A stretch of DNA of 64,000 nt from Gnetum montanum. Lineage: Eukaryota > Plantae > Gnetophyta. Positions 37,901-47,523 of the stretch are shown here, piece after piece (positions within the stretch are counted from its first letter, which is position 1; every line of letters starts with the position of its first letter). The position numbers and the translations under genes are program-made. Under the pieces are notes generated by a model, which had not been told where the DNA came from, did no database searches, and saw only the letters and a list, made by a program, of their open reading frames with translations. The stretch lies in the NCBI GenBank assembly GCA_015680685.1, contig MNCI01000808.1:94667-158666 (forward strand), in the 5' to 3' direction.

Positions 37901-40900
37901 AAAAAAAGTGAAACTAAAAGAAAAAAGAGAGAGTAAATTTTAACCAGATTGTGCAAGTCACCACATATGATCAGAACCATACATACAAGTCTACAACATC
38001 TGTAAACTATAAATAATAGGTAAACAACAAATATGACATATTCTAAGGTGAAACCTGCGACTAACTTACTCCTGTTTTAGACTAGAACAACCTCCAAATT
38101 TGTTAACAAAATATACAACTTTTAGGTTAGAACTTTAGATCTGTTGTGCAGAACAATCCTTAGATTTAACAATGAAATGGGTTTTTAGTTTGAATCTGTT
38201 ATAGAACCTATTTAGTACCAGAAACATTCAGCCATAATTACGTAGCCATAAACTCATTGCTAATGATACATAGCCATAAACTCAATCTTTTAACTATTCG
38301 CTCCACTTGTCCACATCGCATAATCATATACACTTATCCAACACAGAGGTATAAGAAAAAGGTAAATACAACCCACCAATTGTAGTGGCAGAAAGTTTGA
38401 AACAAGTATAAAATGCTTGAAAATCTGGCAAAACTCTGTTTCGCTCTAAACAAGTTCCACACCTATGTAGATACGACTGCAGCAATCCCAAATCCAGGTT
38501 TAGAGCAAAGAAAAATCCTTCCATGAAGCTCAAAGTTCTGAAAAAGGGTGGAAAATGAAAGAAAGAAGGAAAGAAAATCAACGAAAAATAACCTTCAATT
38601 TCTTATTTCTATTTTGAGAAACTGTAAAGAAACTAACAAACCCAATTTTTATGTGTAGGTGGTGGCAAGGGTGGTGGGTCTCCTTTTTTGTTAAACAAAA
38701 AAAAAAAAAGAAAAAGAAAAAAGAAAAAGGCTTATGCCTTATGCATAAATGATACTCTTTTTTTTTGTGGTTAAGCACGTATGTGCAAAACCTGATTCAC
38801 TTATACCTTATTTTTTTAAAAAATTGATATTTTCATAAACCTATTTTTTTAAAACCATTTTATTTTTATAAGCTAATATTTTTTTTTACCTCTACAACTA
38901 ATGCCCTGCACTTCTAACATGCATAACAAACACACCAGGACTCCAAATTAAAATCCGTTTGAACCTGCGAGATCCATATAAGATGCTCTACACATTCACA
39001 TGTTAAAATCTTAGCCAAACATCACACAACATAGTGCTACAATTCAAATGCATAAATATTGAAATTACATATAAAGCATAAATGCATACCAAATAGGTGC
39101 TTTTGAACCCCAATCCAACACCTTGGCCAATAACATCTCTTGTCTAACACATCACATAGGGCTAGTCTACATAATCATGTTAATTAAACATGTTAATACA
39201 TCATAATTGTAACATAAAGACAAAGCCTCATAACATATAAAATACATTTATACTAAACTAGCTCATCCTTGACAACCCGTCGAGACTATACACATGATGT
39301 ATAAATGGTAATCGTATAGCCATACCTAATGTATTTGGATGGGATGTAACATGGGGTTATCAAGCCCATCTAACTCAGGGTATGGAAAACCATATTTACC
39401 CTCTTCAAGAGGTGGTGGATGGTGTTGTGGTGAAGCCAATGCCTTTTCCAGCTCTTGCCTTTGTTTTTTCTCCACACAAGGAAACTTTGGAGGATGGCAT
39501 TGTGGTGGGCAATTTTCTGCTTAGAGCTGCACATGCCTTGGCGGAGAAGTCTGTCACCCTACTTGGCCTCATTTTTGGGGTTTAGGTGGCAGGCTGCAAT
39601 TTTGAAGTAGGTTTGTTCCACTTTCATTAGGGCATCGTACTCTTTACAGTTTACTCCGTAGCATCAATGAACCCATTCCTTTTTCACCTCTAGGTCCGCA
39701 TGCGTAAAGATTTCAGCAAGCTTTGCCCTAGTGTTGGGCAAATCTAGGGCTTCGGCAATGGCGTCAACTAAATAAGAGATGGTGATGTTCTTAATTTTGA
39801 CTGACACATCTCTTTGTTAGTTGTTCCAAAATAGGTATGTTTTCCCCATGTACCACTCTTTGCTATTGGAGACAATGGGCCACAAGGGAGATCCCTGCAA
39901 TTGTGTTCTAACCTCCTCAATTGCCAACTCCATCAAGGGTCCAAATTTCAACTCTTGTAGAATAGAACTTTGGACCTCCTTGGTTCTTATTTGCTCTAGG
40001 CAAGCCTTTGTAAGTGTGACCTCTAGATTAGGTCTTAATCTAAGGACCTCGTACTGCCTGGATTTGCTTGTCTCCACCGTGGGAATTTGCTTGATAGATT
40101 CCACTTCAGGTTCTTCCTGAAGAGGCTCGGTAGCATGTGTCACCTTAGCTACTTGGGGTTGTTGCTATTGGTCCCTTCCTCCTCGAGGTCATTTCTCCTT
40201 GGGTTGTGATGGCCCTCCTGCTTGTAGTTCTTATTTAGGTGCTATCTATAATCACAAACATAACCCATGATTAGCTCTTTAGTTCATAACCTTTAGTCAT
40301 TTGAATACCTTTCTTTGTTAGATTAGGTTATGTTAATTTATTGGGCTTTAGGAGTTTCTTGTTTAAGTGCTTGTTTATAATCACGGGCTAGGTATATTAT
40401 TTTATTTCTACCTAGCAGAGTTTGTTTGTTGGTCTTAACCCTTTATGGTAATTAATTTAATATTATTTAAATGGGTTAACCATGGGGAGTTAGAAAAAAT
40501 TTGAAATTTTTTTTGTGAAAAAACCAAAGGTTTGTGGCCTCCATGATGTAAAGTGTACCTTTGGTTGCTTGAGGGTTGAAAAATGGGTGAAATTGGGTAA
40601 GTGGTTTTGAAGTTAGGATGCTTGGAAGGTTCTTGGGCTTTGAAAAATTGCAAAAACTCCTCTAATGCTTTTGAAAAATTATGAAAAATAAGCTAAGTGT
40701 CATGCATATTTATAGTCTTTTTATGTTGTGTTGACAAAGATGCATTGACTCATCCCAGTGCGTCAACAAGGATGCATTGATGCAGCTATCTGTAGCTACC
40801 TTTCCCATTGAGAACTGGAGGAATTTTGGATGAGTTTTGGAATGACACAAGAGCCAAATGGCAGCCAAAAAGATGTAGAATGATGTTAACAACATGAAAG

Positions 40901-43900
40901 AGGCTAGGTTTGGTCAAGTAAAAGCAATTCAAGTGGATTGGATGAGTTCTCCAAGGATGTTCCTATGTCAAATAAAGCAAAACTGGATGCAAAAATGCTA
41001 TCGATAGGATTGATCAATCAAGTGGCCCATGGTTAGGGCATTTAACTTAAGGTAGACCAAAGTAATGCAAGTGGGTCCTTACCAAAGCAGGTGTATGCTG
41101 ATTATGACCTTGCATACCTTCATCTCAAAGAGTTTGTGGGCCCCAAGGATGATGAATGGCTGGGTTAAGTTAAATTCCATACCCATGAAAGGAATTGTTT
41201 GGGGGTTATGATATCTAGAAAGAAAAACTGAATAATTGGCTAGGGTATGAGGTAGTGAGGTGGTAAAGAATGAGATGAATGAATGGGAGAGAGGGAAAGA
41301 GAGAATGGGGGAGAGATAATTGGCATCATAGTCAGATGAGGTTCTTGATGAAAATTGTGATTAAGATGATTTGATACTAGTCTGTTCCAAGTCTAGACCA
41401 AGTCCATTCCTCTTTCAATGACCTTACATGAACATATGCCTTCTCTACATCAATCAAAAGTTTAGGATAACCACAAAGGACAAAGAGGAGGAGAAAAGAG
41501 AAGAAAGAATTAGAGAGGGTCTTAGTTAGAGGGATGCCTTTAGGCATGAGTAACATGTCTTTCTAGCCCCATAACCAGTGCTTCTAGCTCATTATTAACT
41601 CTAAGGAGTGTGCTTTGAATTTCTATGTTGTTGTGTTTTGTTTTTTCTCATAGAAACCACATCATGCAAAGACATGCTTCCTTTTATGGGCGACAACATG
41701 AGTGATGATATAATAGTGGAGTATCATAAAACTTAAGAAGGACGTTGAGAGAAAAACGATATCAAATCCCATTGAGGTCACACCTTTTTCCATTTTCACT
41801 TGGTCCTTTTCTAGTTCCTTGGGTACCAAGATCATTGGTTATTTTTATGTTGTAATGTGAAACAAACTTTCTGCTTCTAGGATACTAATTTCCCATGGAA
41901 TAAATGGAATGGGTGGATGCTGTGAACTCATGCCTGAAAGCACTAAAAAATTGACAGATTTTAGTACAGAACATAATCCAAAGACAAAATTTGGTCTTTT
42001 GGTTAATCAATCTTAATATTGATAGCTTCCTTAAATAACTTTCCAAAATTTGCAGTAGCAATAAACAAAATCAACGATTTCCAACAAGAGTAGATGAAAT
42101 TAATAAAGGTGAAAAGAAAAGATATAAAATAATCAATAAACTATTCAAGAAAATGGAAAGCATATAAAGAAAGTTGCAAAAAAGGAAAAAAAAGTGTAAA
42201 ATTGGTTAGCCTCATCAAGGTGTTAGTACGGATGACCATCTCCCCCACAACTATGTTGAGAAGAGGACATTTGAAAAATAGAGCATGCTTGTTCCTATGT
42301 AGATGTATCAGTGTTGCTAGTTTCTTGGGGTTCTAGGAATGGCTTAAGTTGTATGTTGACTAACAGATGTTTTTGAGGGCTCAATGGGTGGTAAATTGTC
42401 ATGGCTCTGAAAGGAAAAGTTGAATGAATGATGTAAGTTCCTTCCCATAACAATTGAAACTTAGTGCATTGTGGCACATGTATAGGATTCAAGTAAAGAA
42501 CCTTATTGTAGCACAACAACATAGAGAGAGGGCTGTGGAGGAGAAGCACCAGGGGGAGGTTACAGAGGCAGTGCGTAGAATGAATGTTGTTAAATTTTGA
42601 TATTTGAAAGACACATTAACAATAACCTACTAATTAAAAGATATTAGGGCGAATTGTTGCACATTAGTTAGAAATAAAAAAAGTTCATCACTTGAAGGTG
42701 CAATGCTTGTCCCACCAAGTAAGGTTCCAAGGGCTGGTAGATGAATGAAAGCATAATATTTTTTGAGTAGTTGTATTTAGGCTCAAACCCAGGCCATGGA
42801 ACCTCATTAGTACAAGGATATAAACTACATGTCATGTGAAACATAGGAGTACCTATTAATTTTGGTCATTGATTTTTTGAGGCTCTCCATGAATACTCAA
42901 TCTTATAGTCCTTGTTTTCTTCATCTCATTTATATTGCCGGCCTTTATTAGGGACTAATTGCACTGATTTAGTTTTCCTAGCTGCAACAGTGGAATTCTA
43001 TAGGTGTAAGGGGATTTGCAAACCATTGCAATTTCTTACTTTGGCCTTAATTTAACTTGATTTGTGATTACCCTTTTTAATTTGTTTTACTTTAATTTTT
43101 TAACTTCAGTCTAAACATTAACCAGCTTGAAGATTTCTTTAATCATGTATTGGATTACTAGTTTTACCTCCTAATGATTTTAGTTTGTTTATCTTGGCAG
43201 ATTCTCTATTTAATGACCATTGGAATAACATACTTTCTTGCTTGGAAATCAGCATTACCCTTTATTCCTGGTTATTATGTCTCCGAAAAACATTGGTGAA
43301 TTCCTTAAACTTTGACATATGCAACAGAGTCTGACGTACTGATTTATCTTACATGCAATATATCTATATTTTTTAATGTATTCCAATATATTATTATAGG
43401 TATGTGAGCGTTATAGGAGTATTTATGGGGATTTTACTCTTCATTATAACTAGCGTGTCAGATCCAGGAACCATAAATTCAAATAATGCTACAAACTACC
43501 TTGCAGCATACCCTTTTGATTGCATCATATACACTACAAAGCAATGTTCAACATGTAATATTCCAAGGTTGCTAGCTTTTCTCTCTCTCGCTCTCTCTTT
43601 CATGGTTGTATTCTAGTGTATCATTAATATGCTTGTTAATATCCTATTACTGTTTTCCTGTAATTGTATTCAGACCTGCAAGATCTAAGCATTGCAGCAT
43701 CTGCAATCGTTGTGTTGCACGTTTTGATCATCATTGTGGATGGATGGTGATTTACTTTTTTCACAGATTTCTCTTTTTTACATTGAGCAATTACAAATAT
43801 GTGAACTTCTCAAAATCATTGAATCTAGCTCGGTTATAATGTGTTATCTTTTTTTGTTTGTTCTCAGAATAATTGCATTGGAGAAAGAAACCTTAGGTAT

Positions 43901-43920
43901 TTTCTGGCATTCTTGTTTTG
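13811..43920 (+). CDS. PAT17: DHHC-type protein S-acyltransferase (PAT17/Swf1-like), 5' part: join(13811..13959,16498..16591,43201..43295,43400..43567,43674..43746,43868..43920), 3'-incomplete
   Basis: All introns are GT-AG with consistent phases (632 nt, open). Protein: [33 protein letters not shown]...[10 protein letters not shown]...IPGYY...SDPGTI...[49 protein letters not shown], matching Arabidopsis PAT17 as I recall it. Confidence 0.93.
15789..15958 (-). mobile_element. tRNA-derived SINE family 1 (oligo-T tail)
   Basis: Reverse complement is homologous to 17705-17878 and 50461-50632. Confidence 0.75.
16498..16591 (+). CDS. PAT17: PAT17-like exon 2
   Basis: tgtag/g ... [13 protein letters not shown]/gtaagt. 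Confidence 0.92.
17705..17878 (+). mobile_element. tRNA-derived SINE family 1
   Basis: tggagtgatggt (A box), ggtttgagcc (B box), RTE-like 3' part ccacttggtgggataagc, T tail. Confidence 0.75.
19705..19901 (-). pseudogene. LINE copy B 3' module: J-domain-like segment
   Basis: [56 protein letters not shown]; HPN at 19793-19785. Confidence 0.75.
19902..21056. mobile_element. Solo-LTR-like insertion with perfect 5-bp TSD GTGAG
   Basis: gtgag|tgttggag...ttctaata|gtgag (19897-19901 and 21057-21061); the 3' CA has decayed to TA. Removing it rejoins the LINE B module. Confidence 0.75.
21057..21805 (-). pseudogene. LINE copy B 3' module: conserved core plus coiled-coil segment
   Basis: [40 protein letters not shown], homologous to 29410-29290 and 62900-63020. 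Confidence 0.8.
21830..22880. mobile_element. LTR-retrotransposon-derived fragment with CCATG/CGTGG short repeats, replacing part of LINE B
   Basis: Repeat motif like that at 7440-8290; no TSD found. Confidence 0.45.
22880..23689 (-). mobile_element. L1-clade LINE copy B, RT domain portion
   Basis: [38 protein letters not shown]. Confidence 0.88.
23690..24538 (+). repeat. 5' LTR of Athila-like copy 2
   Basis: Ends gctcatCA; ~24030-24538 is a direct repeat of ~34284-34774. Confidence 0.85.
24540..24558 (+). promoter_or_regulatory. Primer-binding site (decayed tRNA-Asp type)
   Basis: tggcatcatagttggggac versus tggcgccgttgccggggac; differences are nearly all C>T or G>A. Confidence 0.75.
28235..34275 (-). 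mobile_element. Near-full-length L1-clade LINE copy A (ORF1, ORF2 EN-RT-zf-RVT, plus ~460-codon 3' module)
   Basis: ORF1 DUF4283-like GGPWFY...[12 protein letters not shown]2 ATG at 32967 [45 protein letters not shown]...[12 protein letters not shown], then in-frame continuation to 28475. Confidence 0.9.
28475..29854 (-). pseudogene. LINE A 3' module (ORF2 extension or ORF3): Athila-env-like domain, coiled coil and J-domain
   Basis: Single reading frame, same as the ORF2 end, for 460 codons, interrupted only by TAG/TGA stops. Homologues sit downstream of two other LINE RTs. Confidence 0.75.
34284..34774 (+). repeat. 3' LTR (5'-truncated) of Athila-like copy 2
   Basis: Direct repeat of ~24030-24538, with about 17 mismatches in a 120-nt stretch counted by eye, mostly transitions. 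Confidence 0.85.
34775..37635 (-). mobile_element. L1-clade LINE copy B, 5' half (ORF1, endonuclease, linker)
   Basis: ORF2 ATG 35985 [10 protein letters not shown]...VCLQETKL; PFRFE; [13 protein letters not shown]. Joins seamlessly to 23689 across the TSD. Confidence 0.88.
38279..39351. mobile_element. LTR fragment, same family as 51695-54972 but lacking its nested insert
   Basis: Colinear with 53289-53616 plus 54311-54972; ends gggatgtaaCA. Confidence 0.8.
39352..42560 (-). mobile_element. 3' part of an Athila-like element: integrase C-terminus, long UTR, env-like extra ORF
   Basis: 42549-42295 KVLYLN...[18 protein letters not shown]...VNIQLKPF is a GPY/F-like integrase tail. Extra ORF starts at 40245 (ag/ATA GCA CCT AAA, a decayed MAPK start after a splice-acceptor-like site). 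Confidence 0.7.
39590..40245 (-). pseudogene. Athila env-like (plant-transposon-protein-like) ORF remnant
   Basis: ...[37 protein letters not shown]; located downstream of integrase on the same strand. Confidence 0.55.
42675..42800 (-). mobile_element. SINE family 1, partial
   Basis: caatgcttgtcccaccaagt...ggtagatgaatgaaa...ggctcaaacc is the reverse complement of the family 1 body. Confidence 0.65.
43201..43295 (+). CDS. PAT17: PAT17-like exon 3
   Basis: ggcag/[31 protein letters not shown]/gtgaat. Confidence 0.92.
43400..43567 (+). CDS. PAT17: PAT17-like exon 4
   Basis: tatag/g YVSVIG...SDPGTIN...CSTCNIP ag/gttgct. Confidence 0.92.
43674..43746 (+). CDS. PAT17: PAT17-like exon 5 (DHHC motif)
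   Basis: ttcag/a [24 protein letters not shown]/gtgatt. Confidence 0.95.
43868..43920 (+). CDS. PAT17: PAT17-like exon 6
   Basis: ctcag/[17 protein letters not shown] tg/gtaact. Confidence 0.93.
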
Positions 43921-44351
43921 GTAACTTCCTATCCTTGTTTTGAAATCCAATTATGATTTATTTATTTTGCAAAACTTAGGTTTGCTCAACGTTTAAGTAC
44001 TTTTATTTAAGCATGTTAATTAGGTGAAAACTACTTTTACATTAATGAATTTATTGAATTGTGAGTTATTTCAGATAAAATATAATTATTACCTTGTCCT
44101 ATGTCAATGTTATGTGGAAATCCAAGAGGAAAAATAAAATCATAGTTAAAGATTTAGATGAAACTTGAGATGGCATGTTTGCTGTAAGATGCTGGTTTTG
44201 AAATGCTTGGGAAAGATTACGTAATGACAATACAGCCAAGTGAGGAAGTTATGGTGAGAAAATGATACAAAGAAGCTTGTGCATGCTTGTACTGATACAT
44301 TTTTTGATGCTTCTTTTTACTTGTACCAAAAGTTGTACTAAGACAATGAAG

Positions 44352-44450
44352 TGTTAGTCTAGTGGGTGACTTTTGATTTGGATACTCAAAGATGGGTTTG
44401 ATTCTAGTGGATGGCGTTGAGTTATAAAGTTCTACCTAAGTTCTGTATGT
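44352..44450 (+). mobile_element. SINE family 2
   Basis: tgttagtctagtgg...gggtttgattctagtgg...gagttataaa, similar to 10584-10700. Confidence 0.55.
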
Positions 44451-46024
44451 TCTTTTGCATTTGCTCAAGATAATAAAGCCAAGAATTCCCACAGTCAGGA
44501 GGTATCACAGAAGTAGCATGGCTGGGAAACTAATGATTTTTTTCCCCTGAAATGCAATTTTCAGTTCTTTTATGCAACAGTGTTCTTTACTTTTTGTAGT
44601 ATCTTTTCTTGTTGCTACTTCCAGAAAATAAAACAGCAGTTTAAATGTTCGTTTTTCTCTTTTGTTGGGATATAGTCTGATGAATGTATAAATTTACTGT
44701 GTATTGTTATTCATATTTAATGTTGAAGACTAAAGCAAAAGACTAGGCAGCATAGCTGGTTCATATGAAAATGGCTGTTACTTTCTTTCAAAGTTACGAA
44801 GTGCATTTTGTATGACTATTGTTGCCGGACTTTTGAACTGAGAGTTATCCCACATGAGTTGTAGGGAGAGGGCCAAAAGCCTCCAAAACCTATGCTTATC
44901 CCAACTACAATTGAGAAACATGGATGAAGTTTATGAAGAACTGAACTGCTGGCAACATTTCATCTTGATATCTGGGCATGCTCTTCTAATTCTTTTATAT
45001 GCATTGTTCTTATTATTTTATATGCATTGTTACTTTGAGTATCATCCCTGTAACAGTATTTTGCTTCTATTCTATATATGAATGTTATAATATCAGTAGT
45101 TTACTTTGAGTAGTCACTTCCAAAAATTTTGTAGTTGATTCATGTTTTCATTAGGCGTTTATGTTGCATGAAGCGTTGCCTCCTAAACCTTTAAAAATAC
45201 ACTTTAAGCTTGTGTGTTTTAAGCTTGTGTGTTTTGGAAGCCAAGAATTTCAAGTATGAAAAAGACTTGACCTTTCTCAATTTTTGCTACATTTATTATT
45301 TTCTTATCAAATTCACATTATAACAGTTAAAACATCCAGAAAAGCTCATGCTTCTTCAAAGACGGGGAAAATTGGAGTCATGGGCGGAGGTAGTGAAGGT
45401 AGCAAGTGGTACAGTGCCCTAGCATGGGGGTGGGGGTGAGGGGGGCAGCGAGATGGAGGGCTAGGGATGCACTTGGCGGAGATGGTGGCTTGTTTGTGGC
45501 GAGTGAAGCACTCGGGAAGGAGGGAACTGATTGTAGTGAGGGTGTGGTTCTTTTGAGGTTGTCATGGGGGATACATGGCTTGGTGCAAGTTCCCCCATGG
45601 ATGGTGGGGGTTTGGCGTGTGAGAGTGTGCAGGTGAAGAGTACCAAGTTTGTGAGTGGTGTAGAGTGCGCAGATGGCTAGCGCCCTAGAGTGGGTGGTAT
45701 TGATGTGATTTTGTGGTCCAAGGGATCCATGTAGTTGCAAATATGTGGCCCTACACTAGAGGGTTTGCAAATAATGAAGCTTAGCCTCATTGGAAAGTTC
45801 CATGTCAGCTAGTGCTCGACTGTGTTTGGAGTTCATGTGGCACTAGGTTGTTACTTCATGGAGGGTGGTAGAGGTACAAATTCGCTCACTTATGGGGGAT
45901 CTTCTGCTGTTTACCTTTCAAAGCAACAAGGATTGGGACTGTGTGTTGTTGTGTGGTTCATAGTTTTTTGATGCTATGGGCTTGGCCCTTACCCTTTGGT
46001 GACCCCGCCAAGGGGGGGAGGGAG

Positions 46025-46114
46025 GTGGGGGGTGTGTCCATTGGGATCCTAGCCTTTTTACGTGATCTCGTGGGGGGTGTGTCCATTGGGATCCTAGCCT
46101 TTTTACGTGATCTC
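46025..46114. repeat. Perfect 45-bp tandem duplication in LINE C ORF1
   Basis: gtggggggtgtgtccattgggatcctagcctttttacgtgatctc x2. Confidence 0.9.
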
Positions 46115-47344
46115 CGGTGTGGATGGGGGTTTTAGGGATCTCGTGGGAATTGTGGACCACTGACTTCTTAAGGATGCTTGCTGGCTTGGCAAGCTTATTA
46201 CTTTTGACAAGCTCATGACATCGAAAGAACAAATGGGATTTGCTAGGTTTTGTGTTTATTGGTCTTTATCTTTAGAGAATCTCCTTCATGAGATTCATTT
46301 GGACCTACCCTTCGGGGAAGACAAGTTGACCATTGAATATGAGAATGTTTCAGCATATGTGCTGGCCCCTTCTCTGGCTAGGCCTTTGAGGCCATGTGGA
46401 ATTTGTGGCAAAGAAAATCATAGCACAAGGATTATTGGGTACATCCTAAATAGACCAACCTAAAATTTGCTACGCTTGGGGATGGTTAGATGCTCCTTCG
46501 AAAGAAGGGTTGTGCCTCCTCGATTGTCCCCTCCCCCTACTTCTACTTCAAGGAGTCATTTTTTCCCACTCTTGAATTAGATTGAGGATATGGTACTGTA
46601 TTACACTCCTCCTTGCCTTGTGGAGAGCTTTTGCCACTAGGAGATTGGGTTTCGGTGATCTGTGGCTTTGCCTTGCCACCCCTAGAGCTAGTTGCCCACC
46701 AGATTCTAAGAGATGAAGACGAGGGCTTCTTGGTAAAGACAGAGATAAAGAGGGTGGGGTGACCAAGTGGCTAGGAAATGTGGATTAAGAAGACATAGTA
46801 GGAGATTGATTTGGGGACTCAAGTGATGCTAAAAGGGATTACAAGAAGGAGTCTACTAATAGACCATGAAGATTCTATCATGGAATTGCAGGGGTTAGGG
46901 TGCCCCTTACAAAAGTACCTTGAAGAAATTAGTGTGCATAGGAGAATGCATTGTTGTTTGTCTCTAGGAGACTAAGCTCCAAACCACACAATGCAATGTT
47001 TTGTGTTGGTAGGGATGGAACTTGTGCTTTGTTGACCGTTGTGGTAGGGTGGGGGTCTTGCAACTCTCTCTAAATTGCCATTGGACATTGTTGATACTTT
47101 TGCAAGGAGTATCAGAACTTTCAGCCCTCCTAGGGACTTTGGCTCATGAACTTTTATGGACCCCAAGACTAGGGTGACTGCTTGCAGGAGTTGCATAAGA
47201 TTGCTAGGCAAATTCCGAACTACCAAGCTTGGATGTTGATCGGTGATTTCAACTAGTGCCTATATACATTGGAAAAGATTTTGGGGATTTTTTGGTTGTC
47301 GGGGGCGGGGGTTGGTGGGGTGGCGGGGCCCTAGCCCTCCCCTA

Positions 47345-47523
47345 GGAAGCCAAGAATTTCTACAATGCCTCCAAACCTTCGACATGGTGGAAGCCAAGAA
47401 TTTCTACAATGCCTCCAAACCTTCGACATGGTGGAAGCCAAGAATTTCTACAATGCCTCCAAACCTTCGACATGGTGGAAGCCAAGAATTTCTACAATGC
47501 CTCCAAACCTTCGACATGGTGGA
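47345..47523. repeat. Perfect 44-bp tandem repeat x4 in the LINE C endonuclease region
   Basis: ggaagccaagaatttctacaatgcctccaaaccttcgacatggt starts at 47345, 47389, 47433 and 47477; no spacers. Confidence 0.95.

Noticed and set aside
44854-45081. Candidate PAT17 exon 7 (WQHFILI...)
   Set aside because: No phase-compatible AG acceptor and no convincing similarity to the expected HFLLCLYG...LAG segment.
47345-47523. CRISPR-like array
   Set aside because: Head-to-tail identical units with no spacers, inside a LINE in a eukaryotic intron.
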